Shown here in pieces: positions 54,836 through 64,000 of a DNA stretch of 64,000 bases. The stretch is from a virus, in the IMG/VR virus record IMGVR_UViG_3300035698_011322, positions 1 to 64,000 of that record; one strand, written 5' to 3'. The position numbers and the translations under genes are program-made. The first letter of the stretch is position 1. Each line of letters starts with the position of its first letter. Under the pieces are notes generated by a model. The model was not told the origin of the DNA. It worked only from the letters and a program-made list of their open reading frames with translations, and made no database searches.

Positions 54836-55267
54836 GTGGTCGTAAGGGGTTATAAAGTTAAAGTATGGCAAGTTGTAGTCGGTGTGGGTGTTGTATTAAG
54901 TGTGCTTGGTGGTTTCTTTACAGCAGAAGATAGATGGAATCAAATGGATGAAGTCATGGCGGCTGAAAAGGAAGCTGATTATAAGATAGTAACAGCCGGA
55001 AAGGATTATGATAATAAGTTGTTACTTGTGTCTCAGGAGATCATTCAAACCTTTGAGTCATATCAAAAAAAACAAGATGTTCAAACCAAAGGTCAGGCAT
55101 TAGAAATATTGGATATGCAGTATGAAACTCTTACAAGACAATATTATGAGGTTCGTAAACAATTAAAAGCTAATCCAGGTGATGTTGAGTTAAGAGAAGA
55201 ACTAGATAGAATAAAAAGAGATAGAGAAAGAGTTCTGAACAGAAAAAATAAAATAATGGGTGAATAA
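54836..55267 (+). CDS. Membrane-anchored coiled-coil protein
   Basis: N-terminal TM. Confidence 0.7.
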   Translation: MVVRGYKVKVWQVVVGVGVVLSVLGGFFTAEDRWNQMDEVMAAEKEADYKIVTAGKDYDNKLLLVSQEIIQTFESYQKKQDVQTKGQALEILDMQYETLTRQYYEVRKQLKANPGDVELREELDRIKRDRERVLNRKNKIMGE

Positions 55268-55282
55268 AAATAAGGATATCTA

Positions 55283-57133
55283 ATGAGTGAACTGAATAAA
55301 CTGATCGAATATGATAATTTGTATTATAATGAAGGAACGTCGCCTCTTGATGATGGCGAGTATGATAATCTAAAGAAAGAACTCAAATTAAAGTTTCCTG
55401 ACGATCTATATTTTACTGAGGTAGGAAGTCAGGTAAAAAATAATGGAAAGGTGAAACTCAAGTATACACTAGGTTCGCTCAATAAAGTCAAACTTGATAC
55501 ATTACAGAAATGGCTTGATAAGCAGACATCTGATATTTTTATCATAAGTGAAAAAATGGATGGTGTGTCTTTTTATGTGAACTATAAAAATAAAGAAGTG
55601 GTGTCTGCATCAACAAGGGGTGATGGTAGTTATGGTCAAGATATAACTGATAAAGCTAAGGTTTTTTGTGGCCCTATAAAAACAAATAAAGATTCATGGT
55701 TTCGATGTGAGGCAATGCTTGTTGGATCAAAAATCAATGAACAACTTGGTTTCAAAACAAGAAGAAATGGCGTTGCTGGTATTATAAATCGTGATGGTTT
55801 AAAAAATGTAGAACACATTACACCATTTTTCTATGAACTACTAAATTATGATGAAATACTTCCAGACTCAGATGAAATAGGAAGATTTGATTTTATGAAT
55901 GAAGTTGTGGATATGGGTAGCTCTAAAAATTTCATACCTTTGTTTTTTATATACAACAAGAATAATCACACAACAGCAGATATCATAACATTTTATGATA
56001 AAATGAAAGAAAAGAATGCATATGATATAGATGGTCTTGTTATAACACCAATTGACTATAAAAGAGAGAATGTCCTCTACCCTAAGAATAAAGTAGCATT
56101 TAAAATCAATGAAAAACCCATTAATGTCGTTGTGAAAGAAGTAATGTGGAGTGTTACAAGAACAAGTAGAGTGGTTCCATTAATTAATATCGAGCCTACT
56201 GAAATTCAAGGTGTTACTATTTCTAAGGCAACGGGATTTAATGCAAAATATATTGTTGACAATAATATAGGTAAAGGATCTATTGTAAAAATTATTAGAT
56301 CGGGGGATGTTATACCCACAATAGTTGGTGTTCAGAAGGAATCCAATCCTTATTTACCAACAAAATGCCCAGCCTGTGGTGCTGATCTGGTATGGGAAAG
56401 TGTTGATCTAAAATGTACCAATGATGATTGTTGGCGAAAATCATATAAAGAACTTGAGCACTTTCTCAGAGCAATGGGCGCCGAGAACATAACAGAGAAA
56501 ACACTCATGAAGCTCGGTGTGTCTCACATTGAAATGTTATATGAGATCGATGAGTGGAGTATTTCAACTATGGAAGGATTCGGTGTAAAGAGAGCACAAC
56601 AAATAATAGACGAGATACAAGGAACATTGTTTTCAACACCCGAAACACTACTAAGATCATTTGGTATAAAGAATATTGGCAAATCATTATCAAGAGATAT
56701 AACAAAACATTTGTACAGAATATCCGATGATGATAATACAGTAATGGAATATATATTTTCATTGCCATATGAAGAACTAATAAAAATTGAAGGAATCGGA
56801 GAAAAAATTGCTGAAGTATTTGTTTCGGAGATAAATAAACATAGATGGAAGTATGATTTTCTTAAAAGTGTTGGTTTGGTCTTTTCAAACGAAAACGAAA
56901 CAGGAAAGTTTGATGGAATGAAATTTACTTTAACAGGGAAGGGGAGTTTGGGAAGAAATGAAATTCGGACTCTTATTGAACGTAAGGGTGGTTTGGTCAA
57001 GGGTATTAGTAAAACTACTAACTATCTTGTTGTTGGTGATATAAATACAACAACTAGTAAGGCTAAAAAGGCTAGAGAATATGGTGTAGAAATTATCATA
57101 TATGAAGATCTGATGAAAATGTTAGGAGTATAA
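55283..57133 (+). CDS. ligA: NAD-dependent DNA ligase
   Basis: YY...D.EYD, EKMDG, TRGDG, DGLVI, RSGDVIP, Zn finger, BRCT. Confidence 0.96.
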   Translation: MSELNKLIEYDNLYYNEGTSPLDDGEYDNLKKELKLKFPDDLYFTEVGSQVKNNGKVKLKYTLGSLNKVKLDTLQKWLDKQTSDIFIISEKMDGVSFYVNYKNKEVVSASTRGDGSYGQDITDKAKVFCGPIKTNKDSWFRCEAMLVGSKINEQLGFKTRRNGVAGIINRDGLKNVEHITPFFYELLNYDEILPDSDEIGRFDFMNEVVDMGSSKNFIPLFFIYNKNNHTTADIITFYDKMKEKNAYDIDGLVITPIDYKRENVLYPKNKVAFKINEKPINVVVKEVMWSVTRTSRVVPLINIEPTEIQGVTISKATGFNAKYIVDNNIGKGSIVKIIRSGDVIPTIVGVQKESNPYLPTKCPACGADLVWESVDLKCTNDDCWRKSYKELEHFLRAMGAENITEKTLMKLGVSHIEMLYEIDEWSISTMEGFGVKRAQQIIDEIQGTLFSTPETLLRSFGIKNIGKSLSRDITKHLYRISDDDNTVMEYIFSLPYEELIKIEGIGEKIAEVFVSEINKHRWKYDFLKSVGLVFSNENETGKFDGMKFTLTGKGSLGRNEIRTLIERKGGLVKGISKTTNYLVVGDINTTTSKAKKAREYGVEIIIYEDLMKMLGV

Positions 57134-57134
57134 T

Positions 57135-57359
57135 ATGTTAGAAAACATTAAAAAGTATATAAGAATTAATGAAAGTTACTTTGAAACCGAATCATTCTTT
57201 TCATTTATAATATTTAGAGTCGTCCCTAGTGATAGTGATACTTATAAAGTTAAATTTTCTTCGAAATATGGTAAAGAACATGATATAATTATAGGTTTGA
57301 AAGCCAAAAATAAATTAGATGCAAGAAAAGAATTTGAAAAAAATATAAGAGAGGTATAG
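57135..57359 (+). CDS. Hypothetical protein
   Basis: AGGAG RBS. Confidence 0.55.
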   Translation: MLENIKKYIRINESYFETESFFSFIIFRVVPSDSDTYKVKFSSKYGKEHDIIIGLKAKNKLDARKEFEKNIREV

Positions 57360-57360
57360 T

Positions 57361-57606
57361 ATGGGAAAGTGTATGCGGTGTTATTCAGTATACCCACCAC
57401 AATATATGCGAGATATTGAAGGATCTGAAGATGGTGATCAGCAATGTGTATATTGTAAGAGGGGAAACGATTTTGTAATGTTAGTAAAAGAGGGTGCTAT
57501 GGATGAAAAATATACAAAAAAGCAATGTATAAGTGATTACAAAGTATTTCTAAATGAACTAAAAAACATGCCAAATATTGCGAATAAATTGGCAAAGCCA
57601 AAATAG
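57361..57606 (+). CDS. Zinc-binding hypothetical protein
   Basis: CMRC...CVYC. Confidence 0.7.
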   Translation: MGKCMRCYSVYPPQYMRDIEGSEDGDQQCVYCKRGNDFVMLVKEGAMDEKYTKKQCISDYKVFLNELKNMPNIANKLAKPK

Positions 57607-57623
57607 AGAAGGAAAGTGATGTC

Positions 57624-58145
57624 ATGAATACAATAATAAGAGGCAATCCTGTAATACTATTAAATGCGGATTATAGTTATCTGAATACAATCAAATGGAA
57701 AAAAGCATTAACTCTTGTTACAAAAGATAAGGTTAGTGTTGTTAAATACAGTAAGAATGTAATAAGATCAGCATCTGGTATTATAATCAAAATACCTTTA
57801 ATAATGAAATTGATAAAATTCATTAGAACTGTATACAGAACCCGTGTGCCTTTTTCAAAGAAAAATATTATGATTCGTGATGGTATGAAGTGTGTTTACT
57901 GTGGTGCTACAAATGTTAGACTAACAATAGACCATATTCTCCCAAAGGCTAAAGGTGGTAAATCGACCTTTGAAAATACTGTTGCTGCATGTAAACCATG
58001 TAACAATAAAAAAGGTAGTAAGCTTTGCTCAGAGGTTAAAATGTATCCAAAGAGCAGAGCGAACTCACCTACGATTTCTGAGTTTTTGATGATCAAAATG
58101 AAGATACTCGGAATAGATAAGATAATAAGTGATTTGTTTAAATAA
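57624..58145 (+). CDS. HNH endonuclease
   Basis: RD..CVYCG, TIDHILPK.KGG, N..AAC..CN..K. Confidence 0.93.
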   Translation: MNTIIRGNPVILLNADYSYLNTIKWKKALTLVTKDKVSVVKYSKNVIRSASGIIIKIPLIMKLIKFIRTVYRTRVPFSKKNIMIRDGMKCVYCGATNVRLTIDHILPKAKGGKSTFENTVAACKPCNNKKGSKLCSEVKMYPKSRANSPTISEFLMIKMKILGIDKIISDLFK

Positions 58146-58214
58146 AAGTGAACATAGATAGTAGATCGTTAGTGTTTTACTATCTATGTTTGAAAGGTTT
58201 GGAGAATATGTTAA

Positions 58215-59333
58215 ATGACAAAAAAGAAAAAAGATGTACTAAATCGTATAAAAAAACCCGCACAAATAAATTTCCTCAGTTATATAGCAGATAATCAAGG
58301 ATGTGGTACAATAAGAGTAATGTATCCATTTATATTACTTCCACACTCAACAGATAAAGATAACAAATATATAACACAATATCAATCACAATATGTATCC
58401 AATCCAGATTATTATCAAGGGTATACTTTTACCCAATTTCAGAGATCAGCAACAAAAGAACATTTGAGTCTATTTTTACATTATAAAAAGAAGATTCAAA
58501 AGAGATTCAAAATACCATTGATATATGAAATTGATGATATGTTGATTAATATTCCTAAGTTCAATTATGCTTCATTATATTATGTTAAAAACGAGGAATA
58601 TATAAAAAAAATGATTGCAATGGCTGATGGTGTTATCACATCAACACAAAAATTAAAAGAAGTATATAGTAAATATAATAATAATATAGAAGTAATACCA
58701 AATCATCTTCCAAAATTTGTATGGGGCGATGTATTTCCGGCTCATGAATATAAAAATGAAAAGGAGAAAATAAAAATCTTATGGGCTGGTTCTATGAATC
58801 ACTTTCCATTGCCAGAAATGAAGCAAGCGGGTATAAAGGGTGGTGATTTTAGTGATATACTCATAGACTTTATGAAAAAGACTACTGATAAATATGAGTG
58901 GATATTTATGGGCGCTCTTCCACAAGAATTAAAACAACAAGTCAAATTTAATAAAATTAAGTATATTAAGTGGGTAAACATTTTTCAATACCCATCGGTA
59001 GTAAAGAAATTAGAGCCTGATATATGTATAGCTCCGTTATTTCCAGATAAATTCAATGAGTGTAAATCAAATATAAAATGTCTTGAGTACTCGGCTTTAG
59101 GAGCACCTGGTGTCTATACAAATATAAGACCTTATCAAGATATGACACTTACTGCTAACCTTGAAGAAGAAATGATATCACACATTGAAAAATTAGCTAG
59201 TGATATTAATTTTAGAGCAAAAGTATGGAAGAAGGATTATAAGACAGTTGAAGAAAATTTATATTGGGAAGAGAATAATAATCTAATAAAGTATGTCAAT
59301 TCTTATTTAAAGTTGTTTGGTAAGCGTTTATAG
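58215..59333 (+). CDS. GT-B glycosyltransferase
   Basis: YEIDD, WAGS..H, IAPL...FNECKSNIK.LEY. Confidence 0.85.
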   Translation: MTKKKKDVLNRIKKPAQINFLSYIADNQGCGTIRVMYPFILLPHSTDKDNKYITQYQSQYVSNPDYYQGYTFTQFQRSATKEHLSLFLHYKKKIQKRFKIPLIYEIDDMLINIPKFNYASLYYVKNEEYIKKMIAMADGVITSTQKLKEVYSKYNNNIEVIPNHLPKFVWGDVFPAHEYKNEKEKIKILWAGSMNHFPLPEMKQAGIKGGDFSDILIDFMKKTTDKYEWIFMGALPQELKQQVKFNKIKYIKWVNIFQYPSVVKKLEPDICIAPLFPDKFNECKSNIKCLEYSALGAPGVYTNIRPYQDMTLTANLEEEMISHIEKLASDINFRAKVWKKDYKTVEENLYWEENNNLIKYVNSYLKLFGKRL

Positions 59334-59379
59334 AATGTTTACAAAGTTTATATAATTTGTTATAATATATTAAAATGAA

Positions 59380-59607
59380 ATGAAAGGAAAAAGTATAATG
59401 GTAAACATAAGAGTTGAAAAATTATGCAAGAAGGATCATAAGAAAGAAGATTCGTGGATATTATCTCATGTAAAATTTTGTAGAGAGGGTGATATTGTTC
59501 GTATCAATGGAAAGAAGGATAAGTTCTTTCAATCTGTTTCTGATCCTATATGGTCTACGGCACATAAGGATTATGATATGAAGTTTACCATGTGGGTACC
59601 AGAATAG
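59380..59607 (+). CDS. Hypothetical protein
   Basis: After early promoter at 59337. Confidence 0.55.
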   Translation: MKGKSIMVNIRVEKLCKKDHKKEDSWILSHVKFCREGDIVRINGKKDKFFQSVSDPIWSTAHKDYDMKFTMWVPE

Positions 59608-60210
59608 ATGGACGCTGAAAACATATACTACTTCTTTCGAAAGGCTCAGTCTGAATCAAAGAATAGAGGGTTTAGATTACCCAAGGACTGGGAATCTCAC
59701 TTACAAAATAGATTCACTGCAAAGAATAGAGAATCGCTCTTAATGGCAACTGGTTTCTTCAATACGAAATGGGAGAACGTTGATCCATATAGATACTTTC
59801 AATGTGGTTTTGAAATACTAAAGACATTCTCTTATATTAATTTTTTCGATCCAAGAGTATTGAGATTGTATATTCAAAGAGATAAGAATATAAAAAGAGA
59901 GCTGAGTAACTGTAAGAAAGAAATAATAAACTCGATTGTCTTTATTAAAAAGTATATGAAGAAACATAACATCATTATGTTTAGTGATTACATACAAATA
60001 ACAGATGGAAATAGAAGTATTGTAATAAAGCACTATACACAGAATAAAGTAAGTAAGTTTTTTATTGTATGGTTGATGATGTTGGGTAAAATATCTCTGA
60101 GTGATAGTGATTTGGCTTTCATGCCATATCTTCAAGATCAGTATAGAGAAATAAGAGTCAAATTAGATGATATTGGGCCATTCTTGAGAAAAATAATAAG
60201 GAAACTATAA
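59608..60210 (+). CDS. Hypothetical protein, possibly gp59-like helicase loader
   Basis: Basic/aromatic ~200 aa upstream of gp32; weak call. Confidence 0.4.
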   Translation: MDAENIYYFFRKAQSESKNRGFRLPKDWESHLQNRFTAKNRESLLMATGFFNTKWENVDPYRYFQCGFEILKTFSYINFFDPRVLRLYIQRDKNIKRELSNCKKEIINSIVFIKKYMKKHNIIMFSDYIQITDGNRSIVIKHYTQNKVSKFFIVWLMMLGKISLSDSDLAFMPYLQDQYREIRVKLDDIGPFLRKIIRKL

Positions 60211-60221
60211 AGGAAAAACAA

Positions 60222-60674
60222 ATGATTAATTGGACAAGAAATATATATTATGGTGTTAGAAATATAATCAAATGGGTTCCTTTGATCTATAAAGATAGAG
60301 ACTGGGATCATACATATCTTATGGGGATTATGCAATTCAAACTGAAAAATATGGAAGAAAATTTCAGAAAATATGGACACCATGTTAATTCAGATAGAGA
60401 TGCAAGAGAGATTCGTAAATGCATTTTATTACTTGATAGAATTATAAAAGACGATTATATTAAAAAAGACTGGGATAAGTTTGAAAAAAGATGGGGCGAA
60501 TTAGGGTTTGAATCACATAGGTTGGTTCGTTCTAATGTTGTAACCGAAGATGATAAAGAACAAGAAAAAAAAGGCTTTAAGAGATTGATTGAAAAAGAAG
60601 ATTCTATAAAAAGTCAAGATATGGATCTTTTGTTTAATATAATGAGAAAGCAAATACTTGGATGGTGGGACTAA
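60222..60674 (+). CDS. Conserved phage protein
   Basis: DRDWD...FKL..M...WWD. Confidence 0.75.
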   Translation: MINWTRNIYYGVRNIIKWVPLIYKDRDWDHTYLMGIMQFKLKNMEENFRKYGHHVNSDRDAREIRKCILLLDRIIKDDYIKKDWDKFEKRWGELGFESHRLVRSNVVTEDDKEQEKKGFKRLIEKEDSIKSQDMDLLFNIMRKQILGWWD

Positions 60675-60675
60675 T

Positions 60676-61209
60676 ATGTTAAAATCTAGTAAAACAAAAA
60701 AGCGTAAGATATTATTAGATTCGATTCTGAAAGTCATATCAAATAAGGATATATATAATACTATAAACTATAAAAAGAAGAACGAAGAGTATATAAAACA
60801 GTTTATGTATCAGCCATTACTACAAAGCCTTATTAAAAGATATAGTGATGAAGGGTTCAGGGACAAAACTTGTGTTAAGAAATCCAAAGAGTCATTAATT
60901 TGGGAATCTAATAAACAAACAGTATTACATAATATGATGTTGTTTGGAACACAACATAGACCAGATATGGAAATTAATACAGATAATATTTCTATAGCAA
61001 TCGAGGTCAAGAGAGGTAGTTGTGGTTGTGATATTCGACAAGGCATAGGTCAATGTATTGTTTATTCTACAAAGTATGATTTTGTAGTATTTCTTTTTAT
61101 TGATACATCGGATGATAAAAGAATATTCAATAGCATGTGTTCCAAGAAAGAACTTGAGATCAGAGCAAACTTATGGAAGAACTATAATATAATGTTCGAT
61201 GCTGTATAA
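60676..61209 (+). CDS. PD-(D/E)xK nuclease
   Basis: RPD...IAIEVK...GIGQ...Y. Confidence 0.75.
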   Translation: MLKSSKTKKRKILLDSILKVISNKDIYNTINYKKKNEEYIKQFMYQPLLQSLIKRYSDEGFRDKTCVKKSKESLIWESNKQTVLHNMMLFGTQHRPDMEINTDNISIAIEVKRGSCGCDIRQGIGQCIVYSTKYDFVVFLFIDTSDDKRIFNSMCSKKELEIRANLWKNYNIMFDAV

Positions 61210-61529
61210 AGGAATGACAAAGACTGTGGATTTTTATAACAAAGAAGAAGAAGAAGAAGAAGAGGAAGAGTAGATGAGTAAAGAATATGATAAAGAAAAG
61301 TACTTGAAAGACAAAAAGAAGAAAGATCTTTTGAAAAAAAGCTTGCCAGAAGGTAAGATATTAAAACCTAAGTCACCAGAAGGTAGACCATTATGGGTTT
61401 ATGATAAACTAAACGAAGAAAAGAAGAAGAAGAAAAAGCTCAATGAGTAAAATTTTATGTTTACTTTTATAATATAATTGTGTATAATTATATTATAGTA
61501 AATAAAAAAGTATATAAAGGAGTAAGAAT

Positions 61530-62489
61530 ATGTCCAAATGGATTTCAAAAGATTTGTTTAACGACTTTCAGAAAGAAAAGAAAGCCGAGGCTGACAAGCC
61601 AAATGATTATGGTATGCGAAGAAGTGAAATTATATGGGAAACACCAGTAAAAGGTACACAAGAAAAACCTAAAACTTATGAGGGCCGATTTTTACCAGAT
61701 ATAGATGGTGGTTTTTATAAAAAGTACTCATACCATATGTTCAAAAGTGGTGAAAAATGGATGTTTATACTATGTCCGAAAACATATAATTTTGAAAATT
61801 ATTGTCCACTATGCTCCGCTACTTCTCAATTGTACCAAGGAACAGCAGCTGATAAGAAAATGGCATACAGTTATAAGAGAAAAGAAAAGTTCGTTAGTAA
61901 TTTCTTTCTTGTAAATGATCCCAGGGATGCTGAAAGAGAAGCAGAGAACAAAGTAAATGGTAAGGTCAAATTGTATGAGTTTCCTGGTAAAGTAGAAATG
62001 AAACTCAAGAACGAAATAACCGATACTAAAGAAGGGTATGGTTATTTGATATTTGATCCAGGTGAAGAAGGTCACAATTTCATTCTAAAAGTATTGGCAA
62101 CAAAGCAAGATACAAATGGAAACATATGGCCTGATTATGCTTCATCATTATTTTCAAGAAGTTCGGAGCCAATAGGCACAGAAGGCGATATTGATAAAAT
62201 AATGGAATCAAGAATCAATATTACTGAGTATATCAAGACACTTGAAAAGACAGATGATGAAATTGTTCAAATTTTAAAAGCTGAAATGTTATGGGATTTG
62301 GTCGAAGATGAGTGGAACAGATATAAGAACGTTCAAGAAAAGACAACAGTAAAAGTAGAAGAGGATGATATTGATGATTCACAATGGAGTGATGACACTA
62401 CTCCAGAAGAGAAAGATCAAGGAACTGAGAAAGAAACTGATCAGGAATTAGATGATGAAGAATTATTACGAGAATTAGAGGATATGTAG
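61530..62489 (+). CDS. Single-stranded DNA-binding protein (gp32-like)
   Basis: RFLPD, H..C...CPLC, V.DP...NGKV, NF.LK, acidic tail. Confidence 0.9.
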   Translation: MSKWISKDLFNDFQKEKKAEADKPNDYGMRRSEIIWETPVKGTQEKPKTYEGRFLPDIDGGFYKKYSYHMFKSGEKWMFILCPKTYNFENYCPLCSATSQLYQGTAADKKMAYSYKRKEKFVSNFFLVNDPRDAEREAENKVNGKVKLYEFPGKVEMKLKNEITDTKEGYGYLIFDPGEEGHNFILKVLATKQDTNGNIWPDYASSLFSRSSEPIGTEGDIDKIMESRINITEYIKTLEKTDDEIVQILKAEMLWDLVEDEWNRYKNVQEKTTVKVEEDDIDDSQWSDDTTPEEKDQGTEKETDQELDDEELLRELEDM

Positions 62490-62634
62490 TAATAACAAGG
62501 GTTTACACTTTTTGTTGAAAGAATTGGAAAAATATGTAATATTGTTGAAAAAGAAATTCATTTGATATTCATTAAAAAGTGATTATATTATGTATAGGAA
62601 AAAATATTAATTATAAAAAAGGAGTAAATGTTAT

Positions 62635-63099
62635 ATGAATTTATGGTCCACAAGTAAATTTGGAAATCGAATGTATAAGACTATGTTCGATGAAAGTGAT
62701 CCATTGGAAAATCTTTGGAATGATTTTAATTATATGTTTCATCGTGATAGTGATTGTGATTGTTGTAAAGAAGAAGAAGATGAGGAAGGTAGTTTGCTTC
62801 TTACCTTGGATGTTCCTGGATTTAATAAGGATAATCTAAAAGTAGACATATCTGATGGTATTTTAACTATAAGCGGCGAAAGTGAGGTGAGAAAACAAAC
62901 TGAATATGGTCGCAATAAGATTATGAAAAGATATCAAATTGGTGATGTGGAAGATGTAGAGGCTGCTATAAAAGATGGTATTTTAACTATTAATATAAAA
63001 TATCCTAGCAAAGAAGTAAAAACAAAACGGATTAAAATTAGTGATGGAATATGTGGATGTGGATGTGGATGTAATGATGTTGATTGTGCTGTATCTTAG
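62635..63099 (+). CDS. Small heat-shock protein (Hsp20) with Cys-rich ends
   Basis: DVPGF.K..L.V...GIL.I.G, A..KDGILTI; CDCC and CGCGCGC. Confidence 0.9.
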   Translation: MNLWSTSKFGNRMYKTMFDESDPLENLWNDFNYMFHRDSDCDCCKEEEDEEGSLLLTLDVPGFNKDNLKVDISDGILTISGESEVRKQTEYGRNKIMKRYQIGDVEDVEAAIKDGILTINIKYPSKEVKTKRIKISDGICGCGCGCNDVDCAVS

Positions 63100-63351
63100 T
63101 AATGGTAAGAGTTATTAAAAATAATAGATCGGCGAGAAAAGCGGAACTATTAACCATAACTTTTAATACTTGAACATAATACTAAACTAATTATAAATTA
63201 TGATGAAAAAATCCTTCAGTTAAAATTTAACAACTGGGGGATTTTTTTGCCTTTTTTATTGAAAAACCCAATTCATAACATAAATATAAAATGAATTAGT
63301 AGTTTTAAACAAGAAAATTTTGTAAAAAAGGTTGGAAAATAGAGGTAAATA

Positions 63352-63906
63352 ATGAGTAAATCTAGTAAGGGCAGTGCATTTGAAAGGGAGGTATCTAAAT
63401 ATCTTACTGAATGGATTAGTGGAAAAAAGGCCCCTCTTTTGTTTTGGCGAACCCCTCTTAGTGGTGGACTTGCAACAATAAATGAATTAAATAAAAATAT
63501 ATCTGGTGATGTTTTTCCAATTGACGAATCAGTAATGAAATGGTGGCCGTTTTCGGTCGAATGTAAAAATGGGTATCCATCTACTTCCTTTTGGCAACAC
63601 TTTAAAAACATAAAGACATTCAATCTGAAAAGTTTTTGGAAACAATGTTGTGGTGATGCTAGCAAATCTAGTAAATATCCGATGCTAATATATAGGAAAA
63701 AGGGTAGAAAACCTATAGTTGGTATAGATATGACTGTATTTTCGATCATTGATACAATTATTCCTATTTCTAGATTGAGTAGTGTTATATTGAATTGGAA
63801 TAATGGATTGGATAGTTTGTTACCAAGTGTTATATTTTTTGACTGCAATGATTTTTTTGAAATGATAAAACCAGATGACATAAAGGAGATTTTTACTAAT
63901 GGCTAA
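63352..63906 (+). CDS. Holliday junction resolvase (Hjc-like PD-(D/E)xK)
   Basis: KGSAFEREV, RTPLSGG, GD, VECK. Confidence 0.82.
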   Translation: MSKSSKGSAFEREVSKYLTEWISGKKAPLLFWRTPLSGGLATINELNKNISGDVFPIDESVMKWWPFSVECKNGYPSTSFWQHFKNIKTFNLKSFWKQCCGDASKSSKYPMLIYRKKGRKPIVGIDMTVFSIIDTIIPISRLSSVILNWNNGLDSLLPSVIFFDCNDFFEMIKPDDIKEIFTNG

Positions 63907-64000
63907 ATTAGATCTAACACCCAGCCAATTTGCTGATTATATATCAGCTCTTATGCTTGATAAAATGATCAATGACAAGGTTATGCATAAAAATAAAGAA
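63899..64000 (+). CDS. Partial ORF running off window end
   Basis: AAGGAG RBS, MAKLDLTPSQFADY... Confidence 0.6.
   Translation, partial: MAKLDLTPSQFADYISALMLDKMINDKVMHKNKE

Noticed and set aside
1-64000. Stop-codon reassignment or suppressor tRNAs
   Set aside because: Core genes are full length in code 11, all three stops are used, and no CTA/TTA/TCA anticodon was found.

Overview
A 64-kb segment of a large, AT-rich, T4-like (Tevenvirinae-related) lytic phage genome using the standard genetic code. The host is probably Gram-negative, perhaps Desulfobacterota-like; this is inferred from a PEP-CTERM gene, HU and a DUF5320-like ORF. Replication genes: PolB, dUTPase, gp41 helicase, UvsY, intein-containing UvsW, clamp and clamp loaders, NAD-dependent ligase, gp32 SSB and an Hjc-like resolvase. 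Other blocks: a late-promoter-driven array of ~14 genes sharing a capsid-targeting-like N-terminus, lysis-type membrane genes, and a four-gene ubiquitin-like operon (Ubl, E2-like, E1, JAB). A ~500-bp inverted repeat flanked by divergent promoter batteries sits where the coding strand flips (~37.4 kb). There are several structured non-coding RNA candidates and ~30 tRNA/tRNA-like genes with two RNA ligases. Top finding: each of the two tRNA arrays is preceded by a short leader ORF and a conserved terminator/antiterminator switch, and each leader's codons match the tRNAs of its own array. This suggests ribosome-mediated attenuators that sense tRNA depletion. All family calls come from motif recognition by eye; no searches or folding programs were run.
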